Of a stretch of 64,000 nucleotides of DNA, positions 8,713 to 18,560 are shown in pieces (the first letter of the stretch is position 1; each line of letters opens with the position of its first letter). This DNA comes from an uncultured Gammaproteobacteria bacterium (GTDB lineage Bacteria; Patescibacteriota; Patescibacteriia; UBA11705; JABHMO01). The notes under the pieces are model-generated. The model did no database searches. It saw nothing but the letters and a program-made list of their open reading frames with translations, and had not been told where the DNA came from. A program made the position numbers and the translations under genes. The stretch lies in assembly GCA_964590105.1 (NCBI GenBank), contig CAZPYM010000002.1, positions 90,697 to 154,696 on the forward strand, read 5' to 3'.

Positions 8713-9038
8713 ATAAAAGTAATTTGATTCTTAAAAACAACCCAACCCTCCGCGATTTTCAGGATTACATTGCTGTAATGGTAAAAGAGCGGGGGTTTGA
8801 TAAGGAAAGTATTTCTGAAATTTTTATGTTGTTTCTTGAAGAATGCGGAGAGATGGCCAAGGCCGCGCGAAAAATTCAAAACATAAAATCTGATAAAAAC
8901 TCCGAGCAATTTCATCTTGACTATGAAATTGCCGATGTGTTCATTTATTTGTTGGATATTTGTAATCATTACAATATTGATTTAGAAAAATCTTTTCGGG
9001 ATAAAGAAGAAGTTAACAAGAAAAGATTTTGGGAATAA
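8709..9038 (+). CDS. MazG-like nucleotide pyrophosphohydrolase (all-alpha NTP-PPase)
   Basis: LEECGEMAKAARK ... YEIADVFIYLLDICNHYNIDLEKSF matches the MazG-domain EExxE/D metal-binding and ADVxxYL motifs. Confidence 0.65.
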   Translation: MNKSNLILKNNPTLRDFQDYIAVMVKERGFDKESISEIFMLFLEECGEMAKAARKIQNIKSDKNSEQFHLDYEIADVFIYLLDICNHYNIDLEKSFRDKEEVNKKRFWE

Positions 9039-9276
9039 TTATTATTAATTAATGCTGCCAAAGAAAAACTTAAAATTGTCAGCGGTGCGGCTCCGCCACC
9101 TTTCCGAATTTTTGCGGGGGGAATTCCTCGCCGCCTGCGGCGGCGAAATGCGTTCGGACTAATTCAAGAATACTGCGCCATGAAGTATATTTATAAAGCA
9201 GGAATAAGCCCCTGTTTTTTTGTTAGGTATATATTTGATTAATAAAAAAACCGACCGCGAGGGGCCGGAATTTTGT

Positions 9277-9558
9277 TTAGTGAATCGTGCTGTTTGGCGG
9301 AATAGTGTCCGTCGCTTCAGCAGCTTCTTTTTCCTTATCACCGATTTGAATTTTGCGCTGTTTTTCTTTGAACAGATCATCTGCCAAGTTGAGCAGGCAG
9401 AGAAGAAGTCGGGTTGTTTCCGGTAAAGTCTTGCCAGGATTAAGTTGCTCCATTTTAGTCCTTATGCACTCTATCAGCTTGCCGATATGATCTTCTGATT
9501 CCTCTGTTTTTATTGAGAGTTTGTGTCCTAGGAGTTCAATCGTAAAGCTATTCATGGA
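9277..9558 (-). CDS. zapA: Cell division protein ZapA
   Basis: MNSFTIELLGHKLSIKTEESEDHIGKLIECIRTKMEQL... is typical of ZapA. RBS aaggagg precedes the ATG (cat 9556-9558). The ORF-track start 9576 lacks an RBS. Confidence 0.7.
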   Translation of the reverse strand, partial: SMNSFTIELLGHKLSIKTEESEDHIGKLIECIRTKMEQLNPGKTLPETTRLLLCLLNLADDLFKEKQRKIQIGDKEKEAAEATDTIPPNSTIH

Positions 9559-9629
9559 CTTCCTCCTTGTTAACATTAATTATTAATGTTCGCATCACAA
9601 TACTCAATTTGAAATAAATTGTCAATTAG

Positions 9630-10100
9630 TTACGCTTTGGAAATAATATAATACCCAATTGCGCCAAAAGCCACGGAAACGTTTAAGCTTTCTTTGTCGC
9701 CGAGCATGGGAAGGTGAATTATTTTGTCACAACTTTTTTGAATATGAGCAGATATTCCCCTGACTTCATTGCCGAGGATAATGGCGACTTTATCTTTCGG
9801 GCGCCACTTTCTGAAATCCATGCTGGTTGTTTTGGTTTTTTCGAGGCCGATAATTTCGTAGCCCTGTTTTTTTAGTTCGTGCAATGTTGGCGCGAGTATG
9901 ATTTTCTTTTCCCACGGTACAGCCATCTCAGCGCCGAGCGCGGTTTTTGCCAGCCGGAGCGGTTGTTCTTTTGGCGACGCGGTATAGCCGGCTAAATAAA
10001 GTTTTTCCGCGCCGATCGCGTCGCAGGTGCGAAAAATTGAGCCGACATTATAAAGGCTACGGATATTATGGGCGATGATGATTATATTTGGTTTTTTCAT
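9630..10100 (-). CDS. SpoU/TrmH-family RNA 2'-O-methyltransferase (TrmL-like, SPOUT fold)
   Basis: 156 aa. IIIAHNIRSLYNVGSIFRTCDAIG ... AIILGNEVRGIS ... SLNVSVAFGAIGY are the three SPOUT motifs. Confidence 0.75.
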   Translation of the reverse strand: MKKPNIIIIAHNIRSLYNVGSIFRTCDAIGAEKLYLAGYTASPKEQPLRLAKTALGAEMAVPWEKKIILAPTLHELKKQGYEIIGLEKTKTTSMDFRKWRPKDKVAIILGNEVRGISAHIQKSCDKIIHLPMLGDKESLNVSVAFGAIGYYIISKA

Positions 10101-10178
10101 GAGATTAAGGTAAAATGTTATTAATGCGAAAGCCGGAATAAAGGCTGAAACGGCCTTCTATTTTCTAACATAGCAAAT

Positions 10179-11198
10179 ATGATTGAGGATAACAATAATC
10201 GAATTGTCTCTGCTAAGCTTGATGAAAATGACGGAAGCATTGATTTGAGTTTGCGGCCGAAAAAACTCGATGACTTTGTCGGCCAGCAAAAAATAAAAGC
10301 CAATTTGAATATATTTATGGAGGCGGCTAGGAAAAGGGGCGAACCGATAGAGCATGTTCTGCTCTACGGGCCGCCAGGGCTCGGAAAAACGACGCTGGCG
10401 CACATTATAGCCAATGAGATGGGTGCAAACATGCGAGTGACCACGGGGCCCGCAATTGAGAAGAGCGGGGACCTGGCGGCGATCCTTACAAATCTTGAAC
10501 CGGGAGACGTTTTATTTATCGATGAAATTCACCGGCTGAACCGGGTGGTAGAAGAAGTTTTGTATTCAGCAATGGAAGATTTTGTTTTGGATATTGTTAT
10601 TGGCAAGGGACCGTCGGCCAGAACATTGAGATTGGACATTCCTCACTTTACACTGATCGGCGCGACCACCAAGCTTTCTAAATTATCGTCACCTCTTCGC
10701 GATCGCTTTGGCAATACGTATCATTTGGAATTTTACGAAAATGAAGATATTGATAAAATAATAAATCGCTCAGCCGGAATATTAAATGTGAATTTTGTCG
10801 AGCCTTGTTCTCTTGAAATTGCCAAAAGAGCCAGGAAAACTCCGCGCATTGCCAATCGTCTTTTGAAAAGGATCCGCGATTTTGCCGAAGTGAAGAATCA
10901 AGGACAAATTAACCGTGAAATAGTGGAGCAAACAGTGCAGATGCTGGCAGTGGATCAGCATGGTCTTGATGATATTGACAGGAAAATTCTTTTGACGATA
11001 ATTGAAAAATTCGGCGGCGGACCGGTTGGCTTGAATACTATTGCCGCGGCTACTTCTGAGGAAATGGAGGCCATTGAAGACGTGTATGAACCGTATTTAT
11101 TGCAGTTGGGCTTTATCAATCGTACAAATCGTGGTAGAATAGTAACAGATGAAGCTTACAAACATTTAGGAATTGAAAAACGTAATTTGCTTTTGTAA
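10179..11198 (+). CDS. ruvB: Holliday junction branch migration DNA helicase RuvB
   Basis: [12 protein letters not shown], Walker [19 protein letters not shown], Walker [10 protein letters not shown] and the C-terminal winged-helix. Confidence 0.95.
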   Translation: MIEDNNNRIVSAKLDENDGSIDLSLRPKKLDDFVGQQKIKANLNIFMEAARKRGEPIEHVLLYGPPGLGKTTLAHIIANEMGANMRVTTGPAIEKSGDLAAILTNLEPGDVLFIDEIHRLNRVVEEVLYSAMEDFVLDIVIGKGPSARTLRLDIPHFTLIGATTKLSKLSSPLRDRFGNTYHLEFYENEDIDKIINRSAGILNVNFVEPCSLEIAKRARKTPRIANRLLKRIRDFAEVKNQGQINREIVEQTVQMLAVDQHGLDDIDRKILLTIIEKFGGGPVGLNTIAAATSEEMEAIEDVYEPYLLQLGFINRTNRGRIVTDEAYKHLGIEKRNLLL

Positions 11199-11262
11199 AT
11201 TTTTGAATTCCCCAGTTTTCCAGTTTCCTAATTACCTGATTTCTTGTTTTCTTGTAATTTGT

Positions 11263-11298
11263 TATTTGTCCGCCATAGGCGGATGCGCCTTGGGCGCA
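11263..11298. repeat. GC-rich palindromic intergenic repeat element, copy 2
   Basis: tatttgtccgccataggcggatgcgccttgggcgca, i.e. adjacent hairpins ccgccataggcgg and gcgccttgggcgc. Confidence 0.45.
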
Positions 11299-11322
11299 TA
11301 ATTTGTAATTTTTCGCTATTGT

Positions 11323-11568
11323 ATGGCAATTCCACTTTCAACATTTTTGTTTGTTTACCTGCTCTATATTCTAGTTTTTTTGTTTTTTAGTTTTTTTAAT
11401 TTGTATCACATGCTAAGGTACGGGTTTGTCAGTTTTCTCGCCTATGTGGTTACTGTCGGATACATTATTATTACCCTGTTGGCCTTATTTGTTTCCTATT
11501 ATTATTTGGCGCAGGTCGACTGGAGTCAGACAATTGATATTTATAAGGCATCTGGGGGAATTTATTAA
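11323..11568 (+). CDS. Small integral membrane protein, hypothetical
   Basis: 81 aa with two hydrophobic helices. Directly upstream of the bPH_2 protein (3-nt gap). Confidence 0.35.
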   Translation: MAIPLSTFLFVYLLYILVFLFFSFFNLYHMLRYGFVSFLAYVVTVGYIIITLLALFVSYYYLAQVDWSQTIDIYKASGGIY

Positions 11569-11570
11569 AT

Positions 11571-12128
11571 ATGTACAGCCATCATCATTTTCCAAATCAA
11601 AAACCAAACGAGCATGTGCTCATGTTTTTGCGCCGGCATTGGATCGTGGTTTTGAAACTTTTAGGCATTAGTTTGTGCTTGGTTTTAATCCCGGTTTTTT
11701 TCTTTATCATTTATATTAATTACACGGATTATTTTGAAAATGAAATTGTTACCGCTATCATAATTCTTTTAACCAGCGCTTTTTATTTATTTATAATTTT
11801 ATATACGTTTAGTAGTTTTGTTGACTATTACTTGGACGTCTGGATTGTTACAAATCAGCGAATAATTAATATTGAACAAAAGGGTTTATTCGCCAGGGTT
11901 GTTTCAGAAAAAGATTTAGGCAGGATGCAGGATATCACTTCTGATATTGAAGGATTTTGGGCCACGGTATTAAACTACGGGGATGTCCATATTCAGACTG
12001 CCGGAGAAAAAGAAAGATTTATTTTCAAACAGGTGCCTTTTGCTGATGAAGTTTCCCGCAGGATCAGCAATCTGGTTTCTGAATATCAAAAGATAAACAA
12101 AGATACGCCGCTCGATAAAGTAGGTTAA
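11571..12128 (+). CDS. Membrane-anchored bacterial PH-domain (bPH_2/YdbS-YdbT-like) protein
   Basis: Two N-terminal TM helices, then a domain of the type VWIVTNQRIINIEQKGLFARVVSEKDLGRMQDI ... GDVHIQTAGEKERFIFKQVPFADEV, typical of PF03703. Confidence 0.55.
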   Translation: MYSHHHFPNQKPNEHVLMFLRRHWIVVLKLLGISLCLVLIPVFFFIIYINYTDYFENEIVTAIIILLTSAFYLFIILYTFSSFVDYYLDVWIVTNQRIINIEQKGLFARVVSEKDLGRMQDITSDIEGFWATVLNYGDVHIQTAGEKERFIFKQVPFADEVSRRISNLVSEYQKINKDTPLDKVG

Positions 12129-12146
12129 AACATACAAAAACAAAAA

Positions 12147-12184
12147 ATACCCCGCCGCTCGTAAAAGGCAGGGTATTTTTTTTG
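12147..12184 (+). terminator. Rho-independent terminator
   Basis: ataccccgccgctcgtaaaaggcagggtat followed by ttttttttg. Confidence 0.6.
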
Positions 12185-12390
12185 TGGAAAATTGTAGTGT
12201 CCGTTGCGAAGCGACAAACAAACGCGCCTCGCCACTGTGAAGAATTTTGATTTTAGCAAAAGAACAGAGTTGCTTTTTTGTTTTTTCCCAATAAAGACCT
12301 TATTGGGCTTGACTGGACCGCGTGTTTCAGCGGCCTGATTTTGTTTTGATTGTAGATTTGTCCCGATTAGGGAGGTTTATTGCTTAATTA

Positions 12391-14040
12391 TTAATATATT
12401 TTTTCTATATTAATTCCTGAATAATAATATTTCAGAATCTGGTCATATGTCCAGCCCAATTTTTCCGCTCTGGCTTTGGCGTCCTGCTGGTCAATGCCCA
12501 CGCCGTGACCCCATTTAGCCAAGTCTTTTGTGTATGGAGTTTCAACTGATTTTAAATACGGATATTTACTGCTGGTCAAGGTTTGGCCACCACTTCTGGC
12601 CGAATAAAATGCAATAATTACTTCGTCGGAGTGAGTGAGCACAGTTCCCGCTGTTTCCGCCACAATATTTGCCTGATTGGGCATTATAGTTTCCGCTATG
12701 TATCCTTTGTAAACTTGATCTCTTTCATCGGGATAAAGGTCAAATGGGCTGTCTTCGACTTTAAATTTGTTCACATGATAAAGAGCATAGGTTCTAGCGG
12801 CGATCGTCATAGCTTTCTGATATTCAGCTGGATCTGGGTTTGACGTTTCTTTCATTCCTTTTAGGTAATCAGCCAGTGGTAAAGTATTTACCACCCAGAC
12901 TCTCTCGGTTGGTTGATAAAAAATTAAACTCAGGTTGCCGCGAAATTGATTGTAATTAATTGATTTATTCCAATCTGCCAGATCAGTCAGACTTAAGATG
13001 GTAAAAATGCCGTCGTTGAAATTTTTTAAATATAAACTCGAACTCGTTCGTACGGTTGTATTGATAAAATCAAAAGTATATTCTTTTTTTGCTTCGCTAT
13101 AGTTAAATAGAATTTCCACATCTGCGGGGACAGAGGCAAGCAGCGTGTCATTTTTGTCGTAAACTTGCCAAGCTTGATTATTTTTGATTAGCACGGATTT
13201 GTCTGTGTGAAATAACCCCACTCTTACATCGGGACCTTTTTCCGGCAATGAAAAAGCGCTGACGCAGGTTAAATTGTCAATGCCGCTGGTAAGCGCGGCA
13301 ATATTTAATCTTAGTGTGCAGATATTTAATTTTGGTACCGGCGCGCTGACAACGGCAGTCGCGGTTGTTGTGACTATTTGCGCCGAAGGGATTTGAACTG
13401 TTTGTTTTTCTGAAGCAAACTCTTCCGGATGTTCGACTACATTCATCCCTACTGAGACATCGCCGCCTTTTATCATCGTGTTGTCGGAAACCAGAACAAA
13501 ATCTCCTGAATACAAATTAAGATTTTTTGGCGCTTGCAGGGCGAATTTAAAAGTGCCGGTTTCGCCGGGATTAACTATTTTTTCTTGAAGTTGAGCCGGC
13601 AGATAGGGGTCGGGCCAGAACGAGTGTCTAAATTTAAGCGCTGTGGTGAGCGATTTTAAATATACTTTTTCTTTTGTCCAAATTGCCGTGCCTGTGTTCT
13701 TGAAACTAAGATTAAAAGTAAAAGCTTGCTCTGGCTGGATGTTGATCTGCTTGTGCGATTGAAAAATTGATTCAGCTTCATATGTTACCTCAGCGGCCAG
13801 CGCCACTTTGGCAAAAATTGGAATATTTTTATTTTGAGTCTCTGGAATAAGCGTTGATTCAAATGACCGGAGTCCAAAAGCCGCAACCATGACAATGACT
13901 AAAGAAAATAAAATATGGCCAAAAACATTAAGGCCGGAAGTTTCATCTTTGGCTTTTTGATATAGTTTATTTTCTTTAATCCTTGTCTTTTCGAGCGTGG
14001 AGTTCCAAAAATAAGACAAGTATTTGTGTCTGGATTGCAT
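12391..14040 (-). CDS. SpoIID/LytB-domain protein (amidase enhancer-like) with N-terminal membrane anchor
   Basis: C-terminal region IIAFYSARSGGQTLTSSKYPYLKSVETPYTKD...GHGVG carries the SpoIID/LytB signature. TM helix near the N-terminus. Confidence 0.7.
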   Translation of the reverse strand: MQSRHKYLSYFWNSTLEKTRIKENKLYQKAKDETSGLNVFGHILFSLVIVMVAAFGLRSFESTLIPETQNKNIPIFAKVALAAEVTYEAESIFQSHKQINIQPEQAFTFNLSFKNTGTAIWTKEKVYLKSLTTALKFRHSFWPDPYLPAQLQEKIVNPGETGTFKFALQAPKNLNLYSGDFVLVSDNTMIKGGDVSVGMNVVEHPEEFASEKQTVQIPSAQIVTTTATAVVSAPVPKLNICTLRLNIAALTSGIDNLTCVSAFSLPEKGPDVRVGLFHTDKSVLIKNNQAWQVYDKNDTLLASVPADVEILFNYSEAKKEYTFDFINTTVRTSSSLYLKNFNDGIFTILSLTDLADWNKSINYNQFRGNLSLIFYQPTERVWVVNTLPLADYLKGMKETSNPDPAEYQKAMTIAARTYALYHVNKFKVEDSPFDLYPDERDQVYKGYIAETIMPNQANIVAETAGTVLTHSDEVIIAFYSARSGGQTLTSSKYPYLKSVETPYTKDLAKWGHGVGIDQQDAKARAEKLGWTYDQILKYYYSGINIEKIY

Positions 14041-14452
14041 AAAATTAAAGCTGCCTTAAGCTTTAAGGAAAGTCTTTGACAGCACGTTAAAAGTCCGTCG
14101 ATCAGCAAATTCTGATTTTTTGCCGTTATTCCAACGATGCACCGGGCTTAGGTAGCCGACAACTCTGGAATAAACTTCACACTTCTGCCGTTTTGATTGT
14201 GTTTGTAGTGGGGACATATGTGTAAATAAATTACAAATAATAAATAACAAATTACAAGTAACAAATTGATTTAAAATAAACGAGCGCTCATAGAAAAAGC
14301 ACTCGTTTTACATCTCCACATTATAATTATAGCAAAGTTTTTTGGGTTTGTCAATGCATTGGCTAAAGTTAGTGCTTAAGGTTGGCGGAGGCGGAAGTTG
14401 TTTTTATCGTTTGTTTCTAAATTTACAGCAAGAAAACCAAAAATCAATCGGA

Positions 14453-15061
14453 TTAAAGTGATTTTTTGATTTTTTCCGCTAATTTAAGAAAATCTTTTTC
14501 ATTATATTTGAAATCATTTTGATCGCCGTTAGCAATTATTATTGGACAATCCTTGAAATCTCGGCTCCATTCTTCGTAAAGATGATTTAAATCTGAGATA
14601 TAGGTGTTATTCAGGTGAAATTCTACGTTTCGGTTCCTTTTAGTGATGTTTTTAATACAGCGGTCAGTTGAGGATTTTGCATAAATGATTAATTCCGGTG
14701 GAGTCAGTGTTTTCTTTATAGCTTTGTAAAGATTATTGTAAGTCTGCCAATCAGCTTCGTCCAAAAGTCTGTTTTGGTAAAGGTTTTTTACAAAGACTTC
14801 AGCGCCCTCGTATATACAACGGTCCTGCACTGTCGGCAGATTGCTTTCAATTATCTGCAAATGATCTTGCAATCGGCGGCCGAGAAAAAACACTTCGCAT
14901 TTGAAAGCCCATTTGCCCATATCCTGATAATATTTTTCAAGGTAAGGGTTTTCTTCAAACGGTTCCTGAAAATATTCCCAGCCAAAATGATTGGCCAGTT
15001 TTTTTGCCAGATTGGTTTTTCCCGAGCCGATATTGCCGGCAATGGCAATGAATTTTTTCAT
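14453..15061 (-). CDS. Deoxynucleoside kinase (dCK/dGK family)
   Basis: P-loop IAIAGNIGSGKTNLAKKL, FQEPFEENPYLEKYY and an ERS-like region. About 200 aa, typical of the family. Salvage enzyme. Confidence 0.85.
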   Translation of the reverse strand: MKKFIAIAGNIGSGKTNLAKKLANHFGWEYFQEPFEENPYLEKYYQDMGKWAFKCEVFFLGRRLQDHLQIIESNLPTVQDRCIYEGAEVFVKNLYQNRLLDEADWQTYNNLYKAIKKTLTPPELIIYAKSSTDRCIKNITKRNRNVEFHLNNTYISDLNHLYEEWSRDFKDCPIIIANGDQNDFKYNEKDFLKLAEKIKKSL

Positions 15062-15302
15062 AAAAGTTTTTTTGATATCTTTATCTTAGCATTATTTATA
15101 AATTAAAAATATGGCTGAAATTGGGGTGGTTCATCATATAAGGTAAAAAAATAAAAACGCATCAAGGAAATTAATGTGTTTTTGGAAGTTTTTTAAAATT
15201 GTTTTTGCATTATACTCACTGGAAGAATGGCTGCGCCATTCGCCGTGCTTCGCCATAGCGGCTACGCGACGGCAAGTAGCCCCGTTTTAGTAGGGTGAAG
15301 AA

Positions 15303-15379
15303 TGGTGGACCCGGCAGGCCTCGAACCTGTGACCTCTTCCATGCCATGGAAGCGCTCTAGCCAACTGAGCTACGGGCCC
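15303..15379 (-). tRNA. tRNA-Ala (anticodon GGC)
   Basis: Reverse complement gggcccgtagctcagttggctagagcgcttccatGGCatggaagaggtcacaggttcgaggcctgccgggtccacca. G3:U70 Ala identity pair present. Confidence 0.8.
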
Positions 15380-15404
15380 TGAACCTGAGTGAACGAATGG
15401 TACA

Positions 15405-15480
15405 TGGTGGGCGCAGGAGGACTCGAACCTCCGACCAATTGGTTAAGAGCCAACTGCTCTACCAGCTGAGCTATGCGCCC
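15405..15480 (-). tRNA. tRNA-Lys (anticodon CTT)
   Basis: Reverse complement gggcgcatagctcagctggtagagcagttggctCTTaaccaattggtcggaggttcgagtcctcctgcgcccacca. Confidence 0.85.
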
Positions 15481-15558
15481 CCGGATGAAAGCAAAAAAAT
15501 AATACCGCAATATTATTGTTTTGTAAAGAAAAATTTTCAATAAAGGTCCCGCACAAAG

Positions 15559-15631
15559 TGCACCCGGCACGATTCGAACGTGCAACTCCTTGGTCCGAAG
15601 CCAAGTACTCTATCCATTGAGCTACGGGTGC
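15559..15631 (-). tRNA. tRNA-Arg (anticodon TCG)
   Basis: Reverse complement gcacccgtagctcaatggatagagtacttggctTCGgaccaaggagttgcacgttcgaatcgtgccgggtgca. No encoded CCA. Confidence 0.8.
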
Positions 15632-15651
15632 ACTTTATACGGGACGATATT

Positions 15652-16365
15652 TTAGTTCCAGCCTTTTTCTTCAAGAGCATTTCTGGCTGCGTCTTCCTGC
15701 GCTTCTTGTTTGCTTGAACCAGTACCCGTGGCGACCAGCTCGGTTTTTAGATAAATGCCGATTTCAAATTCTTTGTCATGGTCAGGGCCGCTTTCGGATA
15801 GAACTTTATAACTGGGAGTAATGCCGGCTTTTTCCTGAGCCATTTCCTGAAAGCTGCTTTTGGGATCAAGATATAATTTTTTGTCCAGTATTTCCGGCAA
15901 TTCAGACAAAATAAATTTAGTAATGAATGTTTTTGCCGCATCCCAGCCTTGATCTAGATAAATTGCGCCGATCAAAGATTCCATGGCATTAGCTAAAATA
16001 AATTGTCTGGCCTTTCCTGTGTCTTTTTGTTCTCCTTTGCTTAAAAAGAGGCAGTTTTCAAAATCAATGTCGCTGGCGATCTTTGAAAGAATTTTACTGT
16101 TTACCAAGCTTGCCCGCCAATTGGTCAGTTCGCCTTCAGGATTTGGATATTTGTTATATAAGTATTCAGTTACAACTAATTCCAATACCGCATCGCCTAG
16201 AAATTCCAGGCGTTCATTGTGATCAAGTGCAAACCCTGGGTGTTCATTCAAATATGAACGGTGAACAAGGGCTTGTTTCAGTAAATTTTCGTCATTGAAT
16301 TTTGTGCCGATTGTTTTTTCCAAGGATTTTAAGTTCTTTTCCATAATGCAAAGAACAGAAAACAA
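15652..16365 (-). CDS. rnc: Ribonuclease III
   Basis: RNase III signature ERLEFLGDAVLELVVTEYLY plus a C-terminal dsRBD. The true start may be the MEKNLKSL Met at 16344. Confidence 0.95.
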   Translation of the reverse strand: MFSVLCIMEKNLKSLEKTIGTKFNDENLLKQALVHRSYLNEHPGFALDHNERLEFLGDAVLELVVTEYLYNKYPNPEGELTNWRASLVNSKILSKIASDIDFENCLFLSKGEQKDTGKARQFILANAMESLIGAIYLDQGWDAAKTFITKFILSELPEILDKKLYLDPKSSFQEMAQEKAGITPSYKVLSESGPDHDKEFEIGIYLKTELVATGTGSSKQEAQEDAARNALEEKGWN

Positions 16366-16409
16366 TAATCAGTAAACATTGAGCTGTTTGCTAATTACTG
16401 CCTTCTGTT

Positions 16410-16898
16410 TTATTTATTTAAATCGTCCGGGGCCGTTTTTTCTTTTTCTTTTGTCGGCGTTTCTTTGTCTTCCGACTTTTTTGTGGGCCCTATGTCTTTG
16501 TATATTGAACCGAGCACGCCATTAACAAACTTACCCGAAGATTCTCCGCCAAAAGTCTTGGCAATTTCAATTGCCTCATTGATGGCGACTTTGGAGGGAA
16601 TATCAGGATTAAAGGCCAGCTCGTAGATGCCGATTCTTAAAATATTACGGTCAACATTGGTAATCTGTTCCAGCGGCCACTCCGGCGCGTATTTCTTGAT
16701 GTAATTGTCAATCGCCAGCAAATTGTCCGTTACTCCCTTGATCAGTTTGTCTGTGAAGGAATTGTCGTGAAATTCCGGCGCGAACGATTGATAATTATAT
16801 TGGATGATTTCATCCAAATCTTGTTTTTTTTGTCCTTTGAAGTCCCACTCAAAGAGTGTCTGAAGGGCAATCGTTCTTGCTAAGTGTCTGTTTGACAT
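16410..16898 (-). CDS. nusB: Transcription antitermination factor NusB
   Basis: [17 protein letters not shown]... and [14 protein letters not shown]... are NusB hallmarks. Has a C-terminal K/E-rich tail. Confidence 0.85.
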   Translation of the reverse strand: MSNRHLARTIALQTLFEWDFKGQKKQDLDEIIQYNYQSFAPEFHDNSFTDKLIKGVTDNLLAIDNYIKKYAPEWPLEQITNVDRNILRIGIYELAFNPDIPSKVAINEAIEIAKTFGGESSGKFVNGVLGSIYKDIGPTKKSEDKETPTKEKEKTAPDDLNK

Positions 16899-17058
16899 AT
16901 AAAGATATAAAGATCAAATTTATTTTTGTTTGTAAATTTTATTATGGTTGTCACTAGTGAGAATACCTGATTTTGTAAAAAAAGGCAAGCCTAGTAAATT
17001 GGTGAGTTGGCTGATTGACGCGCCGGTAAAAATTTGGTATTTTAAATAAGCGCAATAT

Positions 17059-18429
17059 ATGAGTTTTAAAACAGTTTCAGTCAAAATTATTGCAGTTGTT
17101 TTGCGGGCGAGTTCAGCTGCCCTTAAGCGGCTTTTCCAAAGGCTACGTTTTATTCGGAGCTTTTTTGCTTTGTTGGGAAAAATGGGTTTTCGGTTTTTTG
17201 TTTTTCCGTTTTACAGACTGTTGTACTTGTTTAAATATAAAGCGCTGAATGTCTACGCGCCGGCAAAAAATAGAATGTCTTATGTTTTGAATAAAACATA
17301 TTTGATTCATGTGGCGATTGTCTTGATCGGCGTTGTTGTAACCTGGAATAGCATCATGGCCAAGGACTTGAGGGAAGAAAACTTTGGTGAACAAACTGTT
17401 ATTTATTCAGTAATTTCCAAAGAAGAATTGGAGGTCCTGACGGAAGAGACTCAATTGGATTCTTCTAGTGGAAAAATTTTAAGTTATTTGGACAAAAGCG
17501 CGACCATGGAAAGTCAGAAAATAATCACTGACGCTCCTTCTGCGTCGTCTGATCAGCTGGCCACAGAATTTTCTACGGTTACCGAGGGCGGCGCCGCCGT
17601 GGTCAAGCCAAACATTCTCGGAGAGGTCAAGCCTGAAGATTTGCCCGGAGCGGGAGTTCCTTCTCGTCAGGGGATTACTACTTATGTAGTGCAGGCCGGT
17701 GAAACAGTGTCCGCAATTGCCGAGAAATACAACATTAGTGTTGATACAATCCTGTGGCAAAATAATTTAAGCGTCAGGAGTTTAATCCGCGCCGGAGATA
17801 AATTGGAAATATTGCCCACGTCAGGCGTCCTGCATACGGTCACGTCCGGTGAAACGGTCGGCGCGATTGCTAAAAAATATTCTGTCGAAGTGGAAAAAAT
17901 TATTTCATTTAATAATTTATTTGATGTCAATGATATAAAAAAAGGGCAGAAACTGATAGTCCCCGGCGGAAAAATAGTTGCTCCATATATTGCCCCTAGC
18001 CAATACGCGCAGGTACCGCAAGTGTCGCCAATCAGTAAATTATTTATTCCGCCGGCCCAGCAAATCCAGACTAGCGGTATGCTTTGGCCGACCAGCGTGC
18101 GGCGCATTTCCCAGTATTACAGCTGGCGTCATACGGCCATTGATATTGCCGGACCGACCGGCACGCCGATTTATGCTTCAGATTCGGGAACTGTAATTTT
18201 TGCAGGCTGGTCTACCGGATATGGAAATAATATTTTGATTGATCATGGTGGCGGAATGCAGACACGTTACGCTCACGCTTCCAAACTTTATGTGGGCAAG
18301 GGTGACGCAGTTGTCAAAGGTCAGACAATCATGGCTATGGGTTCAACCGGCTGGTCAACTGGTCCCCATGTTCATTTTGAGATTATTGTTAACGGTGTAA
18401 AAAAGAATCCGCTGTCATACGTAAAATAA
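17059..18429 (+). CDS. LysM-domain M23 family metallo-endopeptidase (cell wall hydrolase)
   Basis: Two LysM repeats (YVVQAGETVSAIAEKYNISVDTILWQNNL; HTVTSGETVGAIAKKYSVEVEKIISFNNL). C-terminal M23 motifs HTAIDIAG...GYGNNILIDHGGGMQTRYAH...GSTGWSTGPHVHFEI. Start codon uncertain. Confidence 0.85.
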   Translation: MSFKTVSVKIIAVVLRASSAALKRLFQRLRFIRSFFALLGKMGFRFFVFPFYRLLYLFKYKALNVYAPAKNRMSYVLNKTYLIHVAIVLIGVVVTWNSIMAKDLREENFGEQTVIYSVISKEELEVLTEETQLDSSSGKILSYLDKSATMESQKIITDAPSASSDQLATEFSTVTEGGAAVVKPNILGEVKPEDLPGAGVPSRQGITTYVVQAGETVSAIAEKYNISVDTILWQNNLSVRSLIRAGDKLEILPTSGVLHTVTSGETVGAIAKKYSVEVEKIISFNNLFDVNDIKKGQKLIVPGGKIVAPYIAPSQYAQVPQVSPISKLFIPPAQQIQTSGMLWPTSVRRISQYYSWRHTAIDIAGPTGTPIYASDSGTVIFAGWSTGYGNNILIDHGGGMQTRYAHASKLYVGKGDAVVKGQTIMAMGSTGWSTGPHVHFEIIVNGVKKNPLSYVK

Positions 18430-18446
18430 TAATTTTTAGGATAAAA

Positions 18447-18471
18447 AAACGAGCCTCTTGGGCTCGTTTTT
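18447..18471 (+). terminator. Rho-independent terminator
   Basis: aaacgagcctcttgggctcgttttt. Confidence 0.65.
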
Positions 18472-18560
18472 GGTGAAAAGAACTGTTGATCGGGACTACT
18501 AATGAATTCCAAGACAAACTTGAGCACCTGCTAGAAGAGTTTTCTTTTGTTCGTTCCTTT

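Noticed and set aside
9159-9426. ORFs 9159-9380 (-) and 9220-9426 (+)
   Set aside because: They overlap zapA and its terminator hairpin, are low-complexity, and have no start context.
15370-15585. 71-aa ORF on the minus strand
   Set aside because: Entirely covered by the tRNA-Ala, tRNA-Lys and tRNA-Arg genes.
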